A stretch of 64,000 nt of DNA from Clostridia bacterium (lineage in GTDB: Bacteria; Bacillota; Clostridia; Christensenellales; SZUA-584), in NCBI GenBank assembly GCA_018648645.1, contig JABGQS010000005.1, positions 24,511-88,510 on the forward strand, given 5' to 3'. Every line of letters starts with the position of its first letter. Position 1 is the stretch's first letter. Made by a program: the position numbers and the translations under genes. The notes below the pieces were generated by a model. The model worked only from the letters and a program-made list of their open reading frames with translations. It was not told where the DNA came from and searched no databases. Below, piece by piece: positions 56,653 through 64,000 of this stretch.

Positions 56653-58434
56653 ATGAATGAATTGCTTGCGTACCCATATGACCCGGAATTAATTCTAAAG
56701 CGCAAAAAGCGCATAAAAAAAGAGCTGCTGTCAAGCGGAGCTAACTTTACGGGCAAAAAAATCGCCATCCTGGGTGGTTCGACAACGCACGATATCGCAG
56801 CTTGTCTCGAGCTTTTTTTGCTTGATCACGGTATAAAACCTACCTTTTACGAAAGCGAATTCGGGCAGTATTGGCAGGACGCGATGTTTGGCAGCGAAAC
56901 GCTCGACAGCTTTGCTCCGGACGTTATTTATATTCACACAAGCTATCGAAATATCGCAGACTTCCCAACAATCAACGACTCAGAGCAGGAAATCGACGAT
57001 ATACTCATTGAACAATACCGTCACTTTACAGACATGTGGGCGACTCTGCGCGGCAAATTTCACTGCACCATCATACAAAACAACTTCGAGATGCCGTTTT
57101 TCCGGCTGCTTGGGAACAAAGACGCAAGCGACCCGCACGGCAGAACAAACTATCTAAGTCGTCTTAACAGCATGTTCTACGAGTATGCAAACAGCACGGA
57201 CGACTTTTACATCAACGACATCAACTACTTATCAGCCAGCTACGGTCTGCAAAAATGGTCAGACACTTTCTTTTGGCACATGTACAAGTACAGCTTAGCG
57301 GTTCCGGCGATACCACACCTCGCGCACAACATCGCGAACATAATCAAATCGCTCTACGGCAAAAACAAAAAGTCGCTGGTGCTGGATCTCGACAACACGC
57401 TTTGGGGCGGAGTTGTGGGTGACGACGGTGTGCAGGGCATCCAAATCGGGCACGAAACACCGATGGGGCAGGTCTACAGCGAGTTCCAAGAGTATGCAAA
57501 AGCGCACAAGGATCTCGGCGTGCTGCTGTGTGTCAATTCTAAAAACGACCACGAAAACGCGATGGAGGGATTGAATCACCCCGAAGGAACATTGAAGCCG
57601 GACGACTTTATCGTCATCAAAGCTAACTGGGAAAACAAGGACCAAAACATTGTTGACATCGCAAACGAGCTGAACATTCTGCCCGAGAGCTTGGTGTTTA
57701 TCGATGACAACCCTGTCGAGCGCGAAATCGTAAAGGCGCAGGTGGACGGCGTCAATGTACCGAGTGTCGGCAGCGTTGAAACGTTCATTAATATAATCGA
57801 CAAATCGGGTTTCTTCGAAGTGACAAACTTCTCTGACGATGACAAGGGCAGAAACGATATGTACGTCGCAAACGCAAAGCGAGCTGCGCTAAACAAAACA
57901 TATGAGAACTACGAGGATTATCTAAGCTCGCTCGAGATGAGCGCGACGATTGCTGATTTCGAAACTATATACGTGCCGCGGATAACGCAGTTGACAAACA
58001 AGTCGAACCAGTTTAACCTAACGACAAAGCGGTACTCTCAAAGCGAGATTGAAAGCGTTATGGACGGCGACAACTACATAGGTCTATACGGTAAATTGAG
58101 TGACAAATTCGGCGACAACGGGCTTGTGTCCATCGTGATTGGCAGGGTGCAGGAAACAGCGCTGCACATCGAACTTTGGCTGATGAGCTGCCGCGTGCTA
58201 AAGCGGAACATGGAAGACGCGATGATGGACGAGCTAATCTGCCGAGCGAAGCAGCGCGGCATCGAGACGATAATCGGATACTACTACAAAACTGCAAAAA
58301 ACAACATGGTAAGCTCCTTCTACGAGCGCTTTGGGTTTGCCAAAACAAGCGAAAACGAGAACGGTGACTCGGCTTGGGAGCTTAGTATAAAGGACTATAC
58401 CAATAAAAACAATGTGATTAAGGTGGAAAGCTGA
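56653..58434 (+). CDS. FkbH-like HAD-IIIC family protein (predicted glyceryl-ACP-forming loader)
   Basis: 593 aa. The N-terminal domain has 'KIAILGGSTT'. The HAD core has 'LVLDLDNTLWGGVVGDDG' (DxDxT), 'CVNSKN' and 'FIDDNPVE'. The C-terminal GNAT-like domain has 'WLMSCRVLKR' (candidate acyl-Cys). Confidence 0.8.
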   Translation: MNELLAYPYDPELILKRKKRIKKELLSSGANFTGKKIAILGGSTTHDIAACLELFLLDHGIKPTFYESEFGQYWQDAMFGSETLDSFAPDVIYIHTSYRNIADFPTINDSEQEIDDILIEQYRHFTDMWATLRGKFHCTIIQNNFEMPFFRLLGNKDASDPHGRTNYLSRLNSMFYEYANSTDDFYINDINYLSASYGLQKWSDTFFWHMYKYSLAVPAIPHLAHNIANIIKSLYGKNKKSLVLDLDNTLWGGVVGDDGVQGIQIGHETPMGQVYSEFQEYAKAHKDLGVLLCVNSKNDHENAMEGLNHPEGTLKPDDFIVIKANWENKDQNIVDIANELNILPESLVFIDDNPVEREIVKAQVDGVNVPSVGSVETFINIIDKSGFFEVTNFSDDDKGRNDMYVANAKRAALNKTYENYEDYLSSLEMSATIADFETIYVPRITQLTNKSNQFNLTTKRYSQSEIESVMDGDNYIGLYGKLSDKFGDNGLVSIVIGRVQETALHIELWLMSCRVLKRNMEDAMMDELICRAKQRGIETIIGYYYKTAKNNMVSSFYERFGFAKTSENENGDSAWELSIKDYTNKNNVIKVES

Positions 58435-58435
58435 T

Positions 58436-58678
58436 ATGACAAGAGAGAAGGTAACAGGCGAAGTTCAAAACATTTTCAGAGACTTGTTTGACGATGAGTC
58501 GATTGTTATAGATGACAACACGACTGCAGACGATGTCGAGGATTGGGATTCACTCGAGCACATCAATTTAATCACCTCCATAGAAAAGCATTTTAGCATT
58601 AAGTTTGCAATGAGCGAAGTCACACACTTCAAGAATGTCGGCAACATGATAGACACCATCACAACAAAGGTATCCTGA
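58436..58678 (+). CDS. Acyl carrier protein (DltC-like size)
   Basis: 80 aa, acidic. 'DVEDWDSLEHINLITSIE' carries the phosphopantetheine Ser context (DSL). Starts 1 nt after the upstream stop. Confidence 0.8.
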   Translation: MTREKVTGEVQNIFRDLFDDESIVIDDNTTADDVEDWDSLEHINLITSIEKHFSIKFAMSEVTHFKNVGNMIDTITTKVS

Positions 58679-58706
58679 CTAAGCATAACAAAAGCAAGGA
58701 GGAGTC

Positions 58707-60125
58707 ATGACTTTTACAACGTTATATTTTCTTGTGTTTGTTGCCGTAGTCGTCTTGGTATACCTTCTTTTGCCGCAAAAGATCAAACCGCATTTCATTA
58801 TACTCGCCAGCTTGGTTTTCTACTTCTTCTGGAAAGCATGGGCGCCGGTTTTCATAATCGCATTCGCGCTGTTCAACTTCGTCATGGCAAAGGTTCTCGC
58901 AAAACAAAAAAGCAAAAAGTTCTTTGTGCTACTGATGAGCGTCAGTCTCAGTGTGATTCTGTTCTTCGTTTTCCGCTATGGCATCTTTAACGGCATCATC
59001 GCCGCGATTACGGGCGGCAACACCATCATGATACTTTTCCCGCTTGGGTTCTCGTACTACATGTTCAAGTGCGTCAGCTACTTGATCGACGTGAACAACG
59101 GCACAATTGCGCCTGAGCCGCGCTTCGATTACTTTCTGATATACGTGACATATTTCCCGGAGGTTTCGATGGGACCCATCACACGCGCAGTCGATTTTTT
59201 GCCGCAGATTCGCATAAAAAAAGTCATCGACACGACAGCGCTCAACAAAGGGCTTGCGCTGGTTGCGTGGGGGTTTTTCAAAAAAATTGTGTTTGCAGAC
59301 ATGCTGGCGAGCATGATAAATCCGTACTACAACGATTTAACTCTGTCGAATAACGGATTTGCATGGTTCTTCGTTGCGTTTGGCTTCCTGCTCCAGCTCT
59401 ATCTCGACTTTTCAGCGTACACCAACATATCCATCGGCGTCTCCAAGATGCTCGGCTACGACATCAAGCCGAACTTTAACGCGCCGTTTTTCTCGCAGAG
59501 CATATCCGAGTTTTGGCGCAAATGGCACATCAGCTTGTCAAGCTGGCTAGCGGACTACGTGTTTACTCCGCTCCAGTTTTTACTGCGTCGCCTAGGCAAA
59601 TTTGCTTCAATCATCCCCGCGCTTATTACATTCACGCTAATCGGCGTTTGGCACGGCGGCACGTCGTCATACCTCGTCTTTGGTTTCTCGATGGGCGTGC
59701 TCGTCGCCATCGACGCGATTGTTGCAAGGAAGCGCAAAAAGCTCAAGAAGACACTGCCGAAATCGTTGTTTAGCACAGTCGGCATAATCATAACCATGCT
59801 GCTCAACATATTGGTGTTCGTCTTTATGCGCACGGGTGTAGCAGCGGACGGGTTTGCAATCATCGACAAGATTTTCAGCTTTTCGACATGGTCGCTACAG
59901 CTAGGCTTTGGGTTAGAGTTCTTTATCATATTTGCGCTGTCGATAGCTGTCGCGATATGCTCGCACATTATCGAGAGCAGAAAAGACAAGTTTTTGGACG
60001 GCTTTGCGCGGCTAAAATTGCCGGTGACATGGCTGGTGTACCTAGTTGTAATTTTCGCAATCGTACTGTTTGGATACTACGGCCCCGGATACGACGCAAT
60101 CGAATTTATATACATCGGATTCTAG
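58707..60125 (+). CDS. MBOAT family O-acyltransferase (DltB/AlgI-like)
   Basis: 472 aa polytopic protein. 'FWRKWHISLSSWLADYVFTPL' contains the conserved MBOAT His. RBS aaggagga. Confidence 0.88.
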   Translation: MTFTTLYFLVFVAVVVLVYLLLPQKIKPHFIILASLVFYFFWKAWAPVFIIAFALFNFVMAKVLAKQKSKKFFVLLMSVSLSVILFFVFRYGIFNGIIAAITGGNTIMILFPLGFSYYMFKCVSYLIDVNNGTIAPEPRFDYFLIYVTYFPEVSMGPITRAVDFLPQIRIKKVIDTTALNKGLALVAWGFFKKIVFADMLASMINPYYNDLTLSNNGFAWFFVAFGFLLQLYLDFSAYTNISIGVSKMLGYDIKPNFNAPFFSQSISEFWRKWHISLSSWLADYVFTPLQFLLRRLGKFASIIPALITFTLIGVWHGGTSSYLVFGFSMGVLVAIDAIVARKRKKLKKTLPKSLFSTVGIIITMLLNILVFVFMRTGVAADGFAIIDKIFSFSTWSLQLGFGLEFFIIFALSIAVAICSHIIESRKDKFLDGFARLKLPVTWLVYLVVIFAIVLFGYYGPGYDAIEFIYIGF

Positions 60126-60139
60126 AAGGAGGGATGAGC

Positions 60140-61204
60140 ATGAAAAAATTATTCTTTGCAGTTAAACTCGTTGTTTTTGTCGCGATTTTTGTAGTGCTGC
60201 TCGTCTTCGCATCCTATATCGTCCGCCCGCAAAGCGACATGAAAACGCGCTTCACCGGCTTTTACGCAGAGCCAAAGGACAGCATAGACGTTATAGTTAT
60301 CGGATCAAGCCCCGTAGCGCCGCTGTATGCCGCTCCGCTGATATGGAATGAGTTCGGTATCACTCTGTACCCTCTTGGAACAAACTCGCAGCCAACTGTC
60401 GGCATCAAATATCTTGTCAAGGAAGCGCAGAAACGGCAGGGCAGCAGCTTGTTCGTCATCGACGTGTCGTTGTTTATGGTAGAGCCGCAAAGCCTGCTAA
60501 CCGAGCCGAACATCCGCAACATCGTCGACAACATGACGTATTCGCTAAACAGAATTGGGGCAATCAACGAGATGGTGCAGATCCCCGGCGAGCGCATAAA
60601 CTATTATTTTGACATCAGCAAATATCATTCTGTGCTGCGCGATGGCGAGCTAAGCGCAGCGTCTTTCAAAGACTTCGATTTCGCTGTACCGTCGGTTTAC
60701 AAAGGGTATTTCTTTGTGGACGCGGTCGAGCCGTTTGACCCGGTCGATGTTTCGGGTATAACTGAAACAAAACCGATCCCCGATGAATCAGAGCAGATTC
60801 TGCTCGACTTGATGGCATATTGCGAGTCGGAACAATTGGACGTGATGTTTGTAATCGCGCCGTATATCACAAGCGATGAGCGCAAAATGTCGCACAACTA
60901 TCTGCAAGCGCTTATTGAAAGCCACGGCTACACCTTCATCGATTTTAACGACAAAGCCGGCGAATTTGGCATCGACTATTCGACCGATTTATATAACAGA
61001 AACCATCTCAACCTAAGCGGGGCCGAAAAGTTCTCGATGTACTTTGGTGCATATTTGGCGGACACATACGACTTTGCCGACAATCGAGGCAGCGCGGACT
61101 ACACCTCTTGGGATGATGCATACGCTGCATGGGAGACTCAGGCAGCTATCGCCCGAGAAAAAATCGCAGAAAACGCAGAGCGGCTGAGCAACATCAGCAG
61201 ATAG
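60140..61204 (+). CDS. DltD/AlgJ-like SGNH-fold protein with N-terminal membrane anchor
   Basis: Start MKKLFFAVKLVVFVAIFVVLLVF 8 nt after aaggaggg. 'DVIVIGSSPV' is a candidate nucleophile Ser. The C-terminal 'DLYNRNHLNLSG' resembles the D...HL..G block of DltD-type proteins. Confidence 0.6.
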   Translation: MKKLFFAVKLVVFVAIFVVLLVFASYIVRPQSDMKTRFTGFYAEPKDSIDVIVIGSSPVAPLYAAPLIWNEFGITLYPLGTNSQPTVGIKYLVKEAQKRQGSSLFVIDVSLFMVEPQSLLTEPNIRNIVDNMTYSLNRIGAINEMVQIPGERINYYFDISKYHSVLRDGELSAASFKDFDFAVPSVYKGYFFVDAVEPFDPVDVSGITETKPIPDESEQILLDLMAYCESEQLDVMFVIAPYITSDERKMSHNYLQALIESHGYTFIDFNDKAGEFGIDYSTDLYNRNHLNLSGAEKFSMYFGAYLADTYDFADNRGSADYTSWDDAYAAWETQAAIAREKIAENAERLSNISR

Positions 61205-61351
61205 GTTGATTGAATATGCGAAATTCTTTGTATTTTTAGTAAACTGTTATCAATTATCATTATATCTTTGAATATTTGCTTAAATAGTGTTAGTATACCT
61301 GCAATCGGGTTTAATAATACTGTAGTCAAATCTTGTAGGAGAAATATACAA

Positions 61352-61948
61352 ATGAAAAAGATTAGTATCGTTATAGTGATTGTAATGCTGGCAGCGGTTT
61401 TTACCGGTTGCGGAGCGCCCGCGCCAACGGTAACGCAGGACAATACTGCCAATGAGGAAGCTCCGATAGATGAAGCTGTGGAAGAAACACAGGAAGAGGA
61501 TTTTGGTCCGTTTAACGAAAACGACCTCACCTTTGTTCACGAGGGAGTGCAGTACCCAATCAGCACGCCCGCGAAGCCGCTGCTCGATTTGTTCGGCACC
61601 GACTTTGAGGAAATCGTCGCACCAAGCTGCTCGTTTGTCGGCGAGGATAAACAGTTCATATACGACTTTGCAACCGTATACACCTATCCGATGGACGGTG
61701 TTGATTTAATCAACGAAGTATACATCTATGGCGGCGACTTTGTCACAGGTCGCGGCATTGCCCTAGGCGATACGCTGGAAATGGTAATCGAGGCATACGG
61801 CGAGGGCGGCTTCGAGGACGGCGAAAGCTACGTTTACGCTGTTGGCGGTGACCCGGATGACGCGACAAGCCCGCGATTGTACTTTGATATAACAGACGGA
61901 GTTGTGTCGGGCATCAGCTACTTTGGCGCAAACGGCATTGTGCTCTAG
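61352..61948 (+). CDS. Lipoprotein of unknown function
   Basis: Start MKKISIVIVIVMLAAVFTGCG (lipobox FTGC) after gtaggag. Acidic linker followed by a ~150-aa domain. Confidence 0.7.
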   Translation: MKKISIVIVIVMLAAVFTGCGAPAPTVTQDNTANEEAPIDEAVEETQEEDFGPFNENDLTFVHEGVQYPISTPAKPLLDLFGTDFEEIVAPSCSFVGEDKQFIYDFATVYTYPMDGVDLINEVYIYGGDFVTGRGIALGDTLEMVIEAYGEGGFEDGESYVYAVGGDPDDATSPRLYFDITDGVVSGISYFGANGIVL

Positions 61949-61980
61949 CCCAAAACCGACAGTATGAATTACAGACACAA

Positions 61981-62014
61981 AAAAACGGCAGCTAATATTG
62001 GATGCCGTTTTTTT
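61981..62014. terminator. Bidirectional terminator
   Basis: aaaaacggca...tgccgttttttt, flanked by an A-run and a T-run, between converging genes. Confidence 0.7.
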
Positions 62015-62025
62015 ACATGACGCGT

Positions 62026-62391
62026 TTACTTATCCAAATACGCTTTCATTGCGCTCAGCATCTGCTGGCTGATAATGTGCTCAATCTTGCACGCGTCTTC
62101 TTCGGCCTGTTTTGGGCTAAGCTCCAGCGAGCTGATTATAAACTGTGTGATCAACTTGTGATTCTCATATATCTTCTCGCTGACTTCTCGTCCTTGCGCT
62201 GTCAATATAACGGGTCCGTACCGCTCCTGTTCAATAAGCCCCTGCTCTTTCAGGAGCCCCATGGCTTTGGTTACACTGGGTTTGCTGACTCCCAGCAGCT
62301 TGGCGATATCCGCAGTATGCGCGTGCTGCGCTTCCCTCTCCAGTAAATAGATTGTCTCCAAATACATTTCTCTAGATTCATTATACTTCAT
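62026..62391 (-). CDS. DtxR/MntR family metal-dependent transcriptional regulator (short)
   Basis: 121 aa. 'SREMYLETIYLLE......HTADIAKLLGVSKPSVTKAMGLLKEQGLI' is a DtxR-type wHTH. RBS ggagga. Confidence 0.8.
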   Translation of the reverse strand: MKYNESREMYLETIYLLEREAQHAHTADIAKLLGVSKPSVTKAMGLLKEQGLIEQERYGPVILTAQGREVSEKIYENHKLITQFIISSLELSPKQAEEDACKIEHIISQQMLSAMKAYLDK

Positions 62392-62417
62392 ATATGTTTG
62401 TCCTCCGTTACCTGATG

Positions 62418-63728
62418 CTATTTTACAATATCGTATATCAGCGGGATTGCTTCGGGCTTTGTATCGCTGATTTGATAGCTATCCAAAAGAATACTCGCCG
62501 CTGTCTGCCCCTTCATCTCGTCGTTGATATACAGCGTGGCAAGGCTTTCGCCCTTTGCTACCGCGTCACCAACGCGTTTTTTTAGCACAAAACCGACGCT
62601 CGGATCAATCACGTCCGACTTTCTTGCGCGCCCTGCGCCTAGCGAGCCTGCTGCAAGACCAACTTTGGTGGTGTCGACCGCGCTGATATAACCGCTGCTC
62701 TGCGCTTCAAGTTCTTCCTTTTCCCTAACGTGAATATACGAGTAAGGGTCGTCCACAAAAGCGGTGTTTCCGCCAAGCGCTTCAATCATGTGCTTTAGCT
62801 TATCCTTCGCTGCGCCCGATTTCAGCGCGCCAATCAGCATCTCCCGCGCTTGCTCGTTGTTTCTCGCGCCGCCACCCAGCATCAGCATGTGCTCTGCCAA
62901 TGTCAGGCTTACGCTCATCAGTGGCGTGTCGAGGGGCAGCTTTCCGCTGAGTGCGTCCACCGCTTCGGCGACTTCGATTAAATTACCAATCGACATGCCG
63001 AGCGGCTGATTCATATCCGTTATAACAGCAATCGTTTCGCGGCCAGAGCCTTTGCCGATTGCCACCATCTCTTTAGCGAGCGCAATTGCGCTTTCCTTCG
63101 TCTCCATAAACGCGCCGTTGCCCGTTTTGACATCAAGCACAATGGCGTCGCATCCCGAGGCCAGCTTTTTGCTCATGATGCTCGAGGCTATAAGCGGCAT
63201 GCTGTTTACCGTACTCGTCACATCGCGCAGCGCATAAAGCAACTTGTCGGCGGGCACGAGGTTTTGGCTTTGCCCAACAACGGCGATGCCGGTTTGCTTT
63301 ACAATGCGCAGCAACTCGTCCGTGTCTCTTGCTAAATCAACGCCGGGGATCGCTTCGAGTTTATCAACAGTACCGCCGGTGTGCCCAAGACCCCGACCCG
63401 ACATTTTTGCGATCGGGACACCGCACGCAGCAACTAATGGTGCAGCAATCAACGTGGTCGTGTCGCCAACACCGCCGGTAGAGTGCTTGTCCACCTTTAC
63501 GCCGGGGATAGGCGACAAATCGACTGTATCGCCCGAGTTCGCCATCGCTATGGTCAGCGCGACCGTCTCGGTCTCATTCATACCAACAAAACATATCGCC
63601 ATCAGCAGTGCGGCTATCTGATAATCAGGAATGCTGCCGCCGACATATCCGTCGATGACAAACTGTATTTCCGGCTTCGACAACGATTCTCCGTTTTTCT
63701 TTTTTGCAATAATATCTACCGTTCTCAA
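62418..63728 (-). CDS. pdp: Pyrimidine-nucleoside (thymidine) phosphorylase
   Basis: 'DKHSTGGVGD', 'SGRGLGHTGGT.DKLE' and 'ALRDVT'. The ORF extends to ATG 63755. A TTG at 63728, 7 nt after aaggaag, gives the canonical N-terminus MRTVDIIAKKKNGE. Confidence 0.9.
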   Translation of the reverse strand: MRTVDIIAKKKNGESLSKPEIQFVIDGYVGGSIPDYQIAALLMAICFVGMNETETVALTIAMANSGDTVDLSPIPGVKVDKHSTGGVGDTTTLIAAPLVAACGVPIAKMSGRGLGHTGGTVDKLEAIPGVDLARDTDELLRIVKQTGIAVVGQSQNLVPADKLLYALRDVTSTVNSMPLIASSIMSKKLASGCDAIVLDVKTGNGAFMETKESAIALAKEMVAIGKGSGRETIAVITDMNQPLGMSIGNLIEVAEAVDALSGKLPLDTPLMSVSLTLAEHMLMLGGGARNNEQAREMLIGALKSGAAKDKLKHMIEALGGNTAFVDDPYSYIHVREKEELEAQSSGYISAVDTTKVGLAAGSLGAGRARKSDVIDPSVGFVLKKRVGDAVAKGESLATLYINDEMKGQTAASILLDSYQISDTKPEAIPLIYDIVK

Positions 63729-63856
63729 ACGAACACTTCCTTTTGCGAGTATCATACTTATAAACCTTTTTCACTAGTCTATTTTATCACATAAAGCCTA
63801 AACTGTCATGCTTTGCAAAAACCCTAAAAAAAACATCAAAAACATTGAAATTTCTA

Positions 63857-63885
63857 TTGACGAAAAACCGCGCAAGACATATAAT
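63857..63885 (+). promoter_or_regulatory. Putative sigma-A promoter
   Basis: TTGACG, 17-nt spacer, TATAAT, about 30 nt upstream of a gggagg RBS. Confidence 0.5.
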
Positions 63886-63912
63886 CATATTATGTTTAAG
63901 GGAGGTTCTCTC

Positions 63913-64000
63913 TTGTTATCACAAATGCAAACAAAAACTAAATGCGACATGGTGGTAGACACGCTTTTAGCCGCTATCATCGACAAAAAATATCCAACGG
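63913..64000 (+). CDS. 5' end of an unidentified protein gene (truncated by the window edge)
   Basis: gggagg RBS, 7 nt, then a TTG start (alternative ATG at 63925). Only about 29 codons are visible (..MQTKTKCDMVVDTLLAAIIDKKYPT). Confidence 0.3.
   Translation, partial: MLSQMQTKTKCDMVVDTLLAAIIDKKYPT

Noticed and set aside
1-64000. Window-wide scan for CRISPR arrays, rRNA, integrase/transposase/recombinase genes, toxin-antitoxin pairs or recognisable phage-defence genes
   Set aside because: I could recognise none by eye in the six-frame translations or in the repeat structure. Absence cannot be proven without HMM searches.

Overview
This is a 64 kb chromosomal segment from a Firmicutes/Clostridia-type genome. 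The assignment rests on a T-box leader, spoVS, tmcAL, the smc-ftsY-ylxM-ffh-rpsP-KH-rimM-trmD block, and SD-type ribosome-binding sites. Core genes look moderately GC-rich; this is judged by eye and was not computed. I call about 60 protein genes, mostly housekeeping: translation (efp, hisS-aspS, tcdA, trmD, rimM, rpsP), SRP/SMC, pta-ackA, PPi-PFK, nucleoside salvage (deoB, punA, pdp), alr, coaD, and an aromatic 2-oxoacid cluster (paaK-iorAB-paaK-ACT). There is one tRNA-Leu(CAA). I found no rRNA, CRISPR array, integrase or transposase. Three regions stand out. (1) 56.6-61.2 kb is a tight four-gene cluster: FkbH-type HAD-IIIC loader, acyl carrier protein, MBOAT and a DltD/AlgJ-like protein. It has the logic of a dlt operon, but the adenylating enzyme is replaced by a glyceryl-ACP-forming enzyme. 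(2) 12.0-13.2 kb is an AT-rich islet holding a tandemly duplicated module. Each copy encodes the same unrecognised ~49-aa Cys/His-containing domain, once free and once fused to a two-helix membrane protein. (3) 45.7-48.5 kb lies downstream of tRNA-Leu and contains decayed tRNA 3'-end copies. An exact 49-nt direct repeat brackets 2.6 kb of AT-rich DNA carrying a BspA-type LRR surface protein and a gene remnant. Smaller observations are a palindrome-dense MITE-like spacer, a U32/EFR1 gene pair, a T-box with an unclear specifier, tandem metallophosphoesterase paralogues and a promoter/terminator overlap. Product calls come from reading the translations. No database search was run.
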